A stretch of DNA of 64,000 nt from Acidimicrobiales bacterium (GTDB taxonomy: Bacteria; Actinomycetota; Acidimicrobiia; Acidimicrobiales; QHCF01). Location of the stretch: NCBI GenBank assembly GCA_039583615.1, contig JAVKSQ010000005.1:1004-65003 (forward strand), read 5' to 3'. This document shows positions 1 through 8,673 of this stretch, in pieces; the stretch's first letter is position 1, and each line of letters starts with the position of its first letter. The notes under the pieces were generated by a model. The model did no database searches and was not told the origin of the DNA. It saw only the letters and a list, made by a program, of their open reading frames with translations. A program made the translations under genes and the position numbers.

Positions 1-337
1 CGGGATGCGAACGCAGGTGGGCGAGAGCCATCTGGGCCAGTTCGCCCTTGCCCAGGCGTGCCGCCGCCCCGAGGCCGAGGTCGCTTCGTCGGCTTCGAGT
101 TCCCGAGCCCTTCCCCGGGGCGGCCAGGGACCAGCGGTCCGGCAACCGCCGGGAGCCGTCCCGGCCCCCGGCCCGGCGGGCGACCCGGCCCTGGGTGACG
201 AGCGCGGCGAGGACCTTGGTGGCCGTCGAGCGGCCGAGGCTGGCTGCCTCGGCGATCTCCGCCGCGCTGGCAGGGCCCTTCTTCAAGGCGTCGAGCACGG
301 CCTCGACGCTCGGGGTCTGGGTGTTGGTGGTGGGCAT
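1..337 (-). CDS. Winged-helix/MarR-like HTH protein, partial (3' end outside window)
   Basis: Absent from the supplied track because it has no stop in the window. The reverse complement from the ATG (complement of 335-337) reads MPTTNTQTPSVEAVLDALKKGPASAAEIAEAASLGRSTATKVLAALVTQGRVARR... AGGAGG lies 5 nt upstream of the ATG. The gene is divergent from the methylase genes. Confidence 0.55.
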   Translation of the reverse strand, partial: MPTTNTQTPSVEAVLDALKKGPASAAEIAEAASLGRSTATKVLAALVTQGRVARRAGGRDGSRRLPDRWSLAAPGKGSGTRSRRSDLGLGAAARLGKGELAQMALAHLRSHP

Positions 338-374
338 GGCGACCTCCTTCGGTCGGCTGGTAGTTGGCGTCCGA

Positions 375-386
375 GGAGGTACCTCC
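375..386. promoter_or_regulatory. Perfect 12-bp palindrome GGAGGTACCTCC in the divergent intergenic region (candidate operator)
   Basis: Read directly: ggaggtacctcc is its own reverse complement. It lies between the HTH start (337, minus) and the methylase start (486, plus). Confidence 0.25.
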
Positions 387-485
387 ACCTCGGCGAGGAC
401 CTCAAGCGCGGCACCCATTTGTCGGCAAAGGCCGTGTCGCTGCCGGTTCAGGTAGTGACGCAATCCCGGCCAGGGGCACAAGCCC

Positions 486-1383
486 ATGGCCACCCAGCCC
501 GTCCCGCTCCCATCCACCCCCGAGGTGCCACTCGCCGTGTGGCCCGTGGCACAGACCTCGGCCCCCACGCAGCGCCGCGCCGCCAGCTACCACCCCGGCT
601 GCACCGTCCACCCGGGCAAGATGCTGCCGGCCCTCGCCGCCCGCATCGTCTCCGAGTACTCCCAGCCGGGAGAGCTCATCGTCGACCCTATGTGCGGCGT
701 CGGCACCACGCTGGTCGAAGCCGCTTCCCTCGGCCGGCGCGCCATCGGTGTCGAGGTCGAAGCGCGCTGGGCCGAGCTCGCCGTGCCAACCTCGATCACG
801 CGCTCGGAGCGCGCAATAAGAAAGGTCTCCGGCGACCACGGGTCCACCAAGGCGACGCCAGGGACCTTGCCGCGATCCTCGGTCGATCCGCTGGCCGGGT
901 CGACTTGATCATCACCTCGCCGCCCTATGGGTGCGAGGCGGGCATCATTGACAAGCCCGGCTGGCTGGCCGGCCGGCGCCTCTGTCCGGCGGACAGCCTG
1001 AACTACTCCACCGACCGTGCGAACCTCGGGCACCTGCGCGGCGAGCGCTACGCGCACGCGATGGCCGATGTCTACGCGGCCTGCTTCAAGGCGTTGCGCC
1101 CTGGCGGGCTCCTCATCACCCCGTCACCAAGAACACCCGACGCTCCGGTCGCTGCCTCGACCTGGCCGGGCTCACCGTCGCCATGGCCAGGCAAGCCGGC
1201 TTCGCGTACCTGCAGCACGTCGTCGCCTTGCTCGGTCCGATCCGCGGCGGCCAGCTCTGCGCCCGGCCCTCCTTCTGGCAGCTCTCCCAGATTCGGCGAG
1301 CCCGGGCGACCAGTGCACCGGCGCACCTGGTGGTCCATGAGGACGTCGGCGTCTTCGCCAAGCCCGCAGGAGCCGCCCGATGA
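486..1383 (+). pseudogene. PPYG-motif SAM-dependent nucleic-acid methyltransferase (UPF0020-like motif order), disrupted by two frameshifts
   Basis: The homologous protein is split over three frames. The track ORF 486..908 carries HPGKMLPALAARIV...DPMCGVGTTLVEA...GRRAIGVEVEARWAEL. The middle of track ORF 5..1390 carries RANLDHAL...DLIITSPPYG...FKALRPGGLLIT. Track ORF 1183..1383 carries QAGFAYLQHVVALL...AHLVVHEDVGVF. The order and content are collinear with the intact paralogue at 1406..2221. The shift points are near 783 and 1118-1123, both in short C runs. Confidence 0.7.
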
Positions 1384-1405
1384 CTACTGAACTGCCCCTG
1401 TCGGT

Positions 1406-2221
1406 GTGGGCCACCGCTCAGCGCACCCCCGCGCCCAACGCGTCGGGCGCTACCTGCCGATGTCCCTCGCCCATCCAGCCAAGATGCTGCCCGCCATCGC
1501 CGCGGCCGCCATCGAGGCCTACAGCAGTCCAGGTGATCTGGTCGTGGACCCGATGTGCGGCATCGGCACCAGCCTGGTCGAGGCCGTTCATCTCGGGCGC
1601 GACGCCATCGGCATCGAGTACGAGCCGGCCTGGGCCGAGGTCGCCCGGGGGAACCTGCGCCACGCCCGAGCGCACGGGGCGAGCGGCCACGGCGAGGTGC
1701 TCTGCGGCGACGCCCGGCACCTCACGAGCCACGTCGACCCAGCGGCGCGCGGCCTAGTCGCATTGGTCCTCACCAGCCCGCCCTACGGGCCGTCCGTGCA
1801 CGGACAAGTCGACGCCAGACCAGGCCGGGGCGTCGTGAAGAGCCATTACCGCTACTCGTCCGACCCCGCCAACCTCGCCCACGTCGGCCTCGATCTGCTC
1901 CTCGACGCGATGCGCCAGGTTCTCGCGGAGTGCGCCGCGCTGCTGCGGCCGGGAGGCATCGCGGCGCTCACCGTCCGGCCGTGGTGGCGCGCCGGCGAGC
2001 TGATCGACCTGCCGGGCCTTCTCGTGCGAGCCGGCGAGCAGGCCGGGCTCGACCTGTTCGAGCGAAACGTGGCCCTTCTCGCCGGGATCGCCGACGACCG
2101 CCTCGTGCCTCGGGTGTCGTTCTTCGCTCTCGACCAGGTGCGGAGGGCTCGCGCCCGAGGCATACCGCGCCACGTCGTCGCCCACGAGGACCTGCTGGCC
2201 TTCCGTCGGAGGCCGGCATGA
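1406..2221 (+). CDS. PPYG-motif SAM-dependent nucleic-acid methyltransferase (UPF0020-like: DPMCGxGT then TSPPYG)
   Basis: Motifs HPAKMLPAIAAAAI, VVDPMCGIGTSLVEA and LVLTSPPYG are present. It is a paralogue of the upstream pseudogene. An ATG at 1380 overlaps the upstream stop (ATGA) and encodes PLSVWATAQ, homologous to PLAVWPVAQ of the paralogue but in another frame, so the ancestral N-terminus appears shifted near the C5 run at about 1425-1430. Confidence 0.75.
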   Translation: MGHRSAHPRAQRVGRYLPMSLAHPAKMLPAIAAAAIEAYSSPGDLVVDPMCGIGTSLVEAVHLGRDAIGIEYEPAWAEVARGNLRHARAHGASGHGEVLCGDARHLTSHVDPAARGLVALVLTSPPYGPSVHGQVDARPGRGVVKSHYRYSSDPANLAHVGLDLLLDAMRQVLAECAALLRPGGIAALTVRPWWRAGELIDLPGLLVRAGEQAGLDLFERNVALLAGIADDRLVPRVSFFALDQVRRARARGIPRHVVAHEDLLAFRRRPA

Positions 2222-2502
2222 CCGACGGCATCGTCGCCGCCGCCGTCGGCTCGCCCGCGCCGACCTTCGCCTCCCTGTTGGCCTACGCCAATGCGCGCGC
2301 TGCGCGACGTGAGGGAGAACGCAACAACCTCGGCGGCCTCTCCGCCACCGTGGAAGCCCTGCGCCAGTCCCTCCACGTCCTGGAAGCGGTGTCCGGGCGC
2401 ATCGAGGCCTCCGTCGGCGGGCTGCGCGAGCGGGTCGCACGGGTTGAGGGACGCCTCGACGCACGCGCCGCTCCGGCTCCGGCCCCTGGCCCCACCAGGT
2501 GA
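2218..2502 (+). CDS. Hypothetical 94-aa coiled-coil protein
   Basis: This is the last 94 codons of track ORF 1555..2502 (MTDGIVAAAVGSPAPTFASLLAYANARAARRE...). Its ATG overlaps the methylase stop (ATGA at 2218-2221), and its stop overlaps the next GTG (GTGA). Confidence 0.45.
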   Translation: MTDGIVAAAVGSPAPTFASLLAYANARAARREGERNNLGGLSATVEALRQSLHVLEAVSGRIEASVGGLRERVARVEGRLDARAAPAPAPGPTR

Positions 2503-2783
2503 GCGAGCCGAAGCCGCCGCTGGTCCTCCACCCCGCCCGCCACCTGCCGATGGACGCCGCACGCCAGGCCCGGGTCCTCGCCGCGTGGAGGGCCCTGCTC
2601 ATCCCGTACCTACGCCATCGGCGGGCGGCCGCCGGGCGACTTGACACCACCCAGCCCGCAGAGGCTCCTCAGAGCCCCGCCCATAGAGGAGGACCAGCGC
2701 CGCCATGGCCGCAGCCACCAAACGCCACCGCCCCCCGGGACCCGCCCAGCCAGGCACCGGGCCGACCCGGGTCGCCACGCTGA
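2499..2783 (+). CDS. Hypothetical protein (weak call)
   Basis: The GTGA start overlaps the preceding stop. The N-terminal half looks protein-like (PPLVLHPARHLPMDAARQARVLAAWRALLIPYL). The Pro-rich tail overlaps the recombinase start by 79 nt, so the true end is uncertain. Confidence 0.25.
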   Translation: MSEPKPPLVLHPARHLPMDAARQARVLAAWRALLIPYLRHRRAAAGRLDTTQPAEAPQSPAHRGGPAPPWPQPPNATAPRDPPSQAPGRPGSPR

Positions 2784-4327
2784 CCCGGATCTCCACCGAC
2801 GAGGTCAACCAGCCTTACTCCCTCGACGCCCAGGCCCAGGGGCTGGAAGCCTTCGTGACCTCCCAGCCCGGCCACAAGATCACCCACCGCTTCGTCGACC
2901 AAGCCTCCGGCGCAACACTCGACCGCCCGGGCCTCCAAGCCGCGCTCGCCGCGGCGAAGGCCGGCGAATTCGACGTGCTCCTCGTCTACCGAATCGACCG
3001 CATCAGCCGCTCGATCGTGGGGCTCATGACCATCGTAGAGGCACTCGACGCGGCGGGCGGCGCCCTGCGCTCGGCCACCGAGCCGATCGACACCCACGGA
3101 CCCGTCGGGCGGATGCTGCTCCAGTTGCTCGGCATCTTCGCCGAGTTCGAACGCAGCCTCCTCATCGACCGCATCACCAAAGGCTTCGAGCGCAAAGCGG
3201 CTCGCGGTGAATGGCTGGCCGGCCCCGGCCCATTCGGTTATCAGCTTGACACCCCCACCAAGACTCTCGTCCCCGACACCGACGAGGCGTCCGTGGTCGA
3301 GGCCATCTTCGCCGCCTACGCCGACGAGCGACTTGGGGCCACCGTTCTGGCCAACCGGCTCAACGACACGGGCCAGCGCAACCGTGGCAACCGGCTGTGG
3401 TCCAACCAGACTGTGCTGCGGATCATCCGCAACCCCGTCTATATCGGCAAGATCACCCACGGCACCGAGACATACGACGGCAAGCACGAGCCGATCATCG
3501 ACGACGACCTCTTCGCCCGCGCGCAAGCGCTCCTCGATGAACGCTCCGCCGCATCGACGGTCGTCGCGCCCACCGTCTCGGAGTACCTCTTGAGCGGGCT
3601 GCTTCGCTGCCAGGCCTGTAGTGGTGCCTACGTCGGCGCTGGCGCGCACGGCCGCAACGGCTTCTACCGGTACTACGTCTGCCGCACCCGCCAAGCCAAA
3701 GGTGCACGCGCATGTTCCGGGCGGCGCATCCCAGCCGACGACCTCGAGTCAGCCGTCGGCGCCAACCTCCTCGACACGTTCATGCGCCTCGACCTCTTCG
3801 AGCAAGGCATCCGTGAGGTGTACGCCGACATCACCAACGAGCGCCCTCGCCTCGAAGCCGAACGCGCCAGCACCGAAGCCCAGCTACGCGAGACCGTCGC
3901 CGCCCTCGACCGCTACCTCCACGCGTTCGAAACCGGGGCAATGCCCGCCGAACTTTGCGCTCCTCGCGTGGCCGAGCTGTCCGCACGTCGAGACGAGCTG
4001 ACAGCCCACCGCGAACATCTCGCCGCCGAATTACGCGCCGCGGTACCCGAGATACCAAGCCGCGCACTCATCGACGAGATACGCATCGAGATCGAACGAG
4101 TCACCAGCCAGGGCAGTCCCGACGTGATCAAGCAGCTCTTCGGAGAACTGATCGACCGCATCGAGATCTCACCCGACCACCACGCCTACCCCTACTTCAG
4201 GATCCCAGACACCAAGAAGCCCGGGCCATTCGGCGCCCGGGCCTCTTGCAGGACCCCGGTTCGTATGGGCCCACATCATGTGGAGGTGAGCGGACTCGAA
4301 CCGCCGACTTCTACGTTGCGAACGTAG
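2705..4327 (+). CDS. Large serine recombinase (resolvase catalytic domain, recombinase domain, zinc ribbon, coiled coil)
   Basis: Characteristic strings are present: ATLTRISTDEVNQPYSLDAQ, LLVYRIDRISRS, WSNQTVLRIIRNPVYIGK, LLRCQACSG...YYVCRTRQAKGARAC, and a long coiled coil. The last 47 nt (4281-4327) are antisense to tRNA-Ala; the tail VEVSGLEPPTSTLRT is translated tRNA antisense. Confidence 0.9.
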   Translation: MAAATKRHRPPGPAQPGTGPTRVATLTRISTDEVNQPYSLDAQAQGLEAFVTSQPGHKITHRFVDQASGATLDRPGLQAALAAAKAGEFDVLLVYRIDRISRSIVGLMTIVEALDAAGGALRSATEPIDTHGPVGRMLLQLLGIFAEFERSLLIDRITKGFERKAARGEWLAGPGPFGYQLDTPTKTLVPDTDEASVVEAIFAAYADERLGATVLANRLNDTGQRNRGNRLWSNQTVLRIIRNPVYIGKITHGTETYDGKHEPIIDDDLFARAQALLDERSAASTVVAPTVSEYLLSGLLRCQACSGAYVGAGAHGRNGFYRYYVCRTRQAKGARACSGRRIPADDLESAVGANLLDTFMRLDLFEQGIREVYADITNERPRLEAERASTEAQLRETVAALDRYLHAFETGAMPAELCAPRVAELSARRDELTAHREHLAAELRAAVPEIPSRALIDEIRIEIERVTSQGSPDVIKQLFGELIDRIEISPDHHAYPYFRIPDTKKPGPFGARASCRTPVRMGPHHVEVSGLEPPTSTLRT

Positions 4328-4353
4328 CGCTCTACCAGCTGAGCTACACCCCC
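4281..4353 (-). tRNA. tRNA-Ala (anticodon CGC)
   Basis: The reverse complement folds by hand as GGGGGTG TA GCTC AGCTGGTA GAGC G CTACG TTCGCAA CGTAG AAGTC GGCGG TTCGAGT CCGCT CACCTCC A. It has the G3:U70 Ala identity pair. No CCA is encoded. Confidence 0.9.
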
Positions 4354-4395
4354 GACGCTCGGCCACGATAGCCGTCGGGTAGGCCGTCCCCGAGG

Positions 4396-5064
4396 TCAGT
4401 TGGTGGCGGAGCGCCGCAGCATCAGCTCGGGGGACACCTGACGGGGTGGAGGCAGGTAGGCCAGCTTGAGCTCTCGCTCGGCGGCTGCGTTGCGGATACG
4501 CACGAGCAACCCGACGTAGGCGGCCAAGGCCACCGCCGCGATGGCAGCCAGCGCCCACATCATCCTGGCTCCGGGCACCGCACCGATGACCGCTGTCCCC
4601 ACGGTGACGGAGACCAGCGCCACCAACACGTTACGCCGGCGCTCGATGGTGCGCTGGCGCCCGAGCCCCCTCATGCTGGCAGCCCGCGCCGGCCCACCAG
4701 GCAAGGAGCGAGCCGGCGCCGGTCGTCCCGGGATGCGGCTGGGGACCGCCCGAGGAACGAAGCGGCGGTGCGCCTCGGTCGTATTGCCCCAGGTGGAGGG
4801 TCGGACCGGGGGCGGGGAGAAGCCTGTCGCCTGGCGCCTCCGGGGATCCGGAAAGGTGACCACCGTGGCGCTGGGCCTGGGGACCCGGAGCCGGTTGGCC
4901 GGCGCCACCAGCAGCTCCGGACCGGTACGACCGAGGACCCCGAGCTGGCGGCGAAACTGTCCGATCGAGCTGGTGGAGCCTCGTTGAGCCTGGCGGCGGG
5001 CGAGCGACACCAGGCCCACCACCACCCACATTCCCACGATCAGTACGAGCGCCACGACCGTCAA
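4396..5064 (-). CDS. Hypothetical membrane protein (N- and C-terminal TM segments, Pro/Arg-rich middle)
   Basis: Track ORF of 222 aa. Hydrophobic stretches are VVALVLIVGMWVVVGLVSL and VLVALVSVTVGTAVIGAV...WALAAIAAVALAAYVGLLV. Confidence 0.6.
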   Translation of the reverse strand: MTVVALVLIVGMWVVVGLVSLARRQAQRGSTSSIGQFRRQLGVLGRTGPELLVAPANRLRVPRPSATVVTFPDPRRRQATGFSPPPVRPSTWGNTTEAHRRFVPRAVPSRIPGRPAPARSLPGGPARAASMRGLGRQRTIERRRNVLVALVSVTVGTAVIGAVPGARMMWALAAIAAVALAAYVGLLVRIRNAAAERELKLAYLPPPRQVSPELMLRRSATN

Positions 5065-5183
5065 GCTCCTCGACCTGCCTCCGCTCCGCGGACCCTAGCC
5101 CGGGGTCCGTTCCAAGTGTGGGATTGTCGGCCGAGTTCGCTGGCAACCGACCCAATTGGTCTACTACCGGCGGCCTCTGGGCG

Positions 5184-5210
5184 CCAGTGGCCGCCCGAGG
5201 AGGCCACTGG
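5184..5210 (-). terminator. Putative stem-loop directly after the moaC stop
   Basis: A perfect 9-bp inverted repeat, ccagtggcc (5184-5192) and ggccactgg (5202-5210), flanks a 9-nt loop and abuts the moaC stop codon (5211-5213). There is no U tract. Confidence 0.35.
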
Positions 5211-5729
5211 TCAGGGCTGTTCCCCGTCCCCGCCCGGCCCAGCAGCCTCACCCCCGGCCCGGCGCCAGGTGCCTGACCGCCCGCCCACCTTCTCCCAGAG
5301 GGTCAGCTCGCTGATCACCATCGATCGGTCGGTCGACTTGCACATGTCATAGATCGTGAGGGCGGCCACCGCACAGCCCGTGAGTGCCTCCATCTCCACC
5401 CCGGTCCGGTCGACTGTCTCCACCTGGGTCTCCACCCCGACGTGATCGTCGCCGATGGTGAAGTTGACGTAGACCGCTCCTACCAGGAGAGGGTGGCACA
5501 GCGGGATCAGGTCAGCCGTGCGCTTGGCCGCCTGGATGCCGGCGATCCGGGCCGCACCGAGCACGTCGCCCTTGGTCATGGCCTGGCTGGCCACCTTGGA
5601 CGTCGTCTCGGGCTCCATCATGACCTTGCACCGGGCCAGAGCCCGGCGATGCGAGGGCTCCTTGGGAGTGACGTCGACCATGCGGGCGCGTCCCAGCGGA
5701 TCGAGGTGGGTCAGGCTGCTACCGGACAT
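5211..5729 (-). CDS. moaC: Cyclic pyranopterin monophosphate synthase MoaC
   Basis: Strings LTHLDPLGRARMVDV, KGDVLGAARIAGIQAAKRTADLIPLCHPL and GVEMEALTGCAVAALTIYDMCK are typical of MoaC. Confidence 0.92.
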   Translation of the reverse strand: MSGSSLTHLDPLGRARMVDVTPKEPSHRRALARCKVMMEPETTSKVASQAMTKGDVLGAARIAGIQAAKRTADLIPLCHPLLVGAVYVNFTIGDDHVGVETQVETVDRTGVEMEALTGCAVAALTIYDMCKSTDRSMVISELTLWEKVGGRSGTWRRAGGEAAGPGGDGEQP

Positions 5730-5909
5730 GGCCCGAGTCTAGATCCCGCCCGCCAGGCGAGGTGGGCGCAGTGGCTCTGGGCTGCGGGAGTCCGGCGGCG
5801 CCGGCGTCTGGTTGGGGCCGGAGGCCGAGGGCGGCCTGGCCTGAGGAGGGGCCCGGGGGCGGGCAGGCCGAGGTTGGCCTCGGGCCCGGGGGCTGAGCCC
5901 CCCGTGTGG

Positions 5910-7007
5910 CTACCCGCCGATCTGGCTCATGCTGCGGCCCGGCCTCACGAAGTTCACCTGACCGATCCGGTGCCCGGCCCACTTGGTGCCGACCGCCGCC
6001 TCGATGGCCCCGGCCAGGTCTTCGTCGCTGCCCCCGTTGCGCATCACCACCCGCAGGTCGTGCTCCTCCAGGGCGAAAAGGCAGGTCCGGAGGTGTCCCT
6101 CCGCCGTCAGCCGCACCCGGTCGCAGTCCGCGCAGAACGGCCTTGTCACCGACGGGATCACCCCGATCTCCCCCCGACCGTCCAGGTACCGGTAACGGGT
6201 AGCCGGCTCGGCCCCGCCCGCCCGGGCCGTCCCGTGGCCCACCGGCTCCAGCGGGTACACAGCCGAGATGGCCTGGACCGTCTCGGCGGCCGGGACCACT
6301 TGGCCCAGGGACCAGGAACCGTCGGCGTCGAGAGGCATGAACTCGATGAAGCGGACCTGCACCCCCTTCTCCCGCCCGAAGGCGGCGAAGTCCACCACCT
6401 CGTCCTCGTTCACCCCCCGCATGGTGACCATGTTGACCTTGACCGGCGAGAAGCCGGCCGCCACCGCCGCGTCCACCCCCTCCAGCACCGCATCGAGGCG
6501 GTCCCGCCGGGTGATGGCCCTGAAGCGCTCCGGGCGCAGCGAGTCGCACGAGATGTTGACCCGGCTCAAGCCGGCCCGGCGCAGCCGGTCGGCCACCAGT
6601 GGCAGGGTCACCCCGTTGGTGGTCATGGACACGTCCACCGGGCGCCGGTCCGGGCCACCAAGGCGGCTCAGCATCGCCACCAGCACGTCCAGGTCAGCCC
6701 GCACCGTCGGCTCCCCGCCGGTCAGGCGGACGCCGTTGAACCCGAAGCGCTCGACGCACACCCCGGCCACCCGCTCGATCTCCTCGAAGGTCAGCACCTG
6801 CGATCGCGGGAGGAAGGTCATCTCCTCGGCCATGCAGTAATGGCAGCGCAGGTTGCACCGGTCGGTCACCGAGATGCGCAGGTCGCGGACCCGGCGTCCG
6901 AACGGATCGACCAGGGGGGCTCCAGCCACCCACCCGAGCCTAACGGTCTGGCTGGCCAGCCCCGCGAAATGTGCGCCCTCCCGCCGGGCTCCCTCGCCCA
7001 CCCTCAT
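5910..7007 (-). CDS. moaA: GTP 3',8-cyclase MoaA (radical SAM)
   Basis: Contains the radical-SAM motif in RISVTDRCNLRCHYCM, plus VRLTGGEPTVR and a C-terminal CADCDRVRLTAEG cluster motif. The exact start is uncertain. Confidence 0.92.
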   Translation of the reverse strand: MRVGEGARREGAHFAGLASQTVRLGWVAGAPLVDPFGRRVRDLRISVTDRCNLRCHYCMAEEMTFLPRSQVLTFEEIERVAGVCVERFGFNGVRLTGGEPTVRADLDVLVAMLSRLGGPDRRPVDVSMTTNGVTLPLVADRLRRAGLSRVNISCDSLRPERFRAITRRDRLDAVLEGVDAAVAAGFSPVKVNMVTMRGVNEDEVVDFAAFGREKGVQVRFIEFMPLDADGSWSLGQVVPAAETVQAISAVYPLEPVGHGTARAGGAEPATRYRYLDGRGEIGVIPSVTRPFCADCDRVRLTAEGHLRTCLFALEEHDLRVVMRNGGSDEDLAGAIEAAVGTKWAGHRIGQVNFVRPGRSMSQIGG

Positions 7008-7025
7008 CCATCATGTCCAGGAGCG

Positions 7026-8282
7026 TCAAGTTTCCAGGAGCATGGTCCTCACCTGACCACCTGGGGGGATGCCGTCACCGTCGGGCACCAGGGCCAAGGC
7101 GTTGGCCTGGGCCATGGCCAGCAGCTGGTGGGAGCCCTGGCGTCCGGAGGGGCGCACGTGGAAGGGGCCGTCGGCGCCTGGCTCGGCTGTCACCCGGACC
7201 AGGTGGAGCTTGCCGTCGCGGAGCCGGGGGAGCCCGTCGTCGGCGATGGCGTGGACATGTCGGCGGTCGAGGTCCAGGTGACCGGTCATCTGGCGCAGGG
7301 CAGGCCGGGTGAACAGCTCGAAGCTGACCATCGACGACACGGGGTTGCCGGGAAGGCCGAAGACCGGCACACCCTCCACCACCCCGAAGGCCAGCGGCTT
7401 GGCCGGGCGGATGGCCACCTGCATCCAACCCATCGAGTCGCCGCTCAGGCGGTTGAGCACCGTCTTCACCCAGTCGAGGTCGCCCATGCTGACCCCGCCG
7501 CTCGTGACCACCGCATCACAGCCCGCGACGCCGGCCTCGATGGCTTCGGTGATCGCCGCCTCGGTGTCCCTGGCGATGCCCAGGTCGACCGGCTCGAACC
7601 CGCTGGCCGTGACCAGCGCCAGCAAGGTGGGGCGGTTGGAGTCACGGATCTGGCCCGGCCGCAGCCGCCCTGGCCCCTCCACCAGCTCGTCCCCCGTGGA
7701 GAGAACCCCCACCCGGACCCGAGGGAAGGCCGGCACCTCGGCGAGGCCCAGGCTGGCCAGCACCCCCAGATGGCCGGGGCCCAGGGGCGTGCGGGCAGGG
7801 AAGACCGGCTGGCCGACGCTCAGGTCCTCGCCGGCCAGGCGCACGTGGTCACCCGGCTTGGCTGGCGCCTCGATCATCACGGCGGCCCCCTGGTCCTCGG
7901 CCTCGGTCCGCTCGACCGGTACCACCGCGTCCGCCCCGGCCGGCATGGGAGCGCCGGTCATGATGCGCAGGGCCTCCCCGGGCCCGAGAGGTTGGTCGGG
8001 AGGCGCCGAGCCGGCCGACAGGCTGCCGACCACGGCCAGCCGCACCGGGGCCTCGGCGGTGTCGGCGGAGCGGACGGCGTAGCCGTCCATGGCTGTGTTG
8101 GCAAATGGCGGCACCGCCTGGCTGGACGTGACCTCCTCGGAGGTGACGCATCCGAGGGCATCGGCCAGGGCGACGCGGGTGGCCGGCACAGGCGGGCAGA
8201 GGTCGAGGACTCGGGCCCGGGCATCGGCCAGGGAGATCACGTCGACACGGTACACTCGCCCCCCGAGGAGGATCATGCCCAC
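7026..8282 (-). CDS. moeA: Molybdopterin molybdenumtransferase MoeA
   Basis: Strings PPFANTAMDGYAV, VVTSGGVSMGDLD and GLPGNPVSSMV support the call. The GTG at 8282 overlaps the divergent fmdB-like start at 8275, so an internal start (ATG at complement of 8274-8276, or GTG near 8240 before ISLADARARV) is more likely. Confidence 0.9.
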   Translation of the reverse strand: MGMILLGGRVYRVDVISLADARARVLDLCPPVPATRVALADALGCVTSEEVTSSQAVPPFANTAMDGYAVRSADTAEAPVRLAVVGSLSAGSAPPDQPLGPGEALRIMTGAPMPAGADAVVPVERTEAEDQGAAVMIEAPAKPGDHVRLAGEDLSVGQPVFPARTPLGPGHLGVLASLGLAEVPAFPRVRVGVLSTGDELVEGPGRLRPGQIRDSNRPTLLALVTASGFEPVDLGIARDTEAAITEAIEAGVAGCDAVVTSGGVSMGDLDWVKTVLNRLSGDSMGWMQVAIRPAKPLAFGVVEGVPVFGLPGNPVSSMVSFELFTRPALRQMTGHLDLDRRHVHAIADDGLPRLRDGKLHLVRVTAEPGADGPFHVRPSGRQGSHQLLAMAQANALALVPDGDGIPPGGQVRTMLLET

Positions 8283-8673
8283 CTACGAATACGCCTGTCG
8301 CTCCTGCGCGGAGCACCTCGAGGTAGTCCAGTCGTTCAAGGACGAACCGCTGACCATGTGCGGCGCCTGCGGCGGCTCTTTGCGCAAGGTCTTCAGCCCC
8401 ATTGGCATCGCCTTCAAGGGCAGTGGCTTCTACCGCAACGACAGTCGGGGGGCGTCCAGGGCCACGGGCGAGGGCACCAGGTCCAAGGAGCCTGCCAGCT
8501 CGGCCGCCGCCGCCTCGGCTGACTCCAAGTCAGGCGACTCCAAGTCAGGCGACTCCAAGTCAGGCGAGTCAGGGCCGGGATCCAAGACCACTGCCACTGG
8601 GCCGTCTGGCCGAGGCAAGTCGGGATCCGCCAGCCCTCCGGGCCGCGCCCAGGCCTCCAGCGCCGCCTCGTGA
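8275..8673 (+). CDS. FmdB-family zinc-ribbon protein with a Ser/Gly/Lys-rich repeat tail
   Basis: MPTYEYACRSCAEHLEVVQSFKDEPLTMCGACGG (CxxC...CxxC) lies within track ORF 8089..8673. GAGGAGGA precedes the ATG at 8275. Confidence 0.8.
   Translation: MPTYEYACRSCAEHLEVVQSFKDEPLTMCGACGGSLRKVFSPIGIAFKGSGFYRNDSRGASRATGEGTRSKEPASSAAAASADSKSGDSKSGDSKSGESGPGSKTTATGPSGRGKSGSASPPGRAQASSAAS
8521..8565. repeat. Perfect 15-bp tandem repeat x3 (gactccaagtcaggc), in frame (DSKSG)
   Basis: Read directly from the sequence. Confidence 0.95.

Larger units (their letters stand above)
1..4353. mobile_element. Integrated element, partial (left end outside window), abutting the 3' end of tRNA-Ala: HTH gene, two methylase paralogues, small ORFs, large serine recombinase
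   Basis: A recombinase gene lies directly against, and overlaps, the 3' half of a tRNA gene. The cargo is typical of actinobacterial integrative elements. The other boundary is not visible in the window. Confidence 0.6.

Noticed and set aside
5-1390. 461-aa plus ORF treated as a single gene
   Set aside because: Only its middle third carries methylase sequence (…DLIITSPPYG…). The 5' part is antisense to the HTH gene, and the rest is explained by the three-frame pseudogene reconstruction.
7008-7025. Molybdenum-cofactor riboswitch upstream of the moa genes
   Set aside because: The moeA-moaA and moaA-moaC gaps are too short. The region upstream of moeA is occupied by the divergent fmdB-like gene, and no conserved Moco-motif structure was discernible.
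5442-8522. 1026-aa plus-strand ORF spanning the moa region
   Set aside because: It is antisense to three well-supported genes (moaC, moaA, moeA). The product is a low-complexity Arg/Gly/Pro/His-rich string with no motifs. This is the typical long shadow ORF of high-GC DNA.
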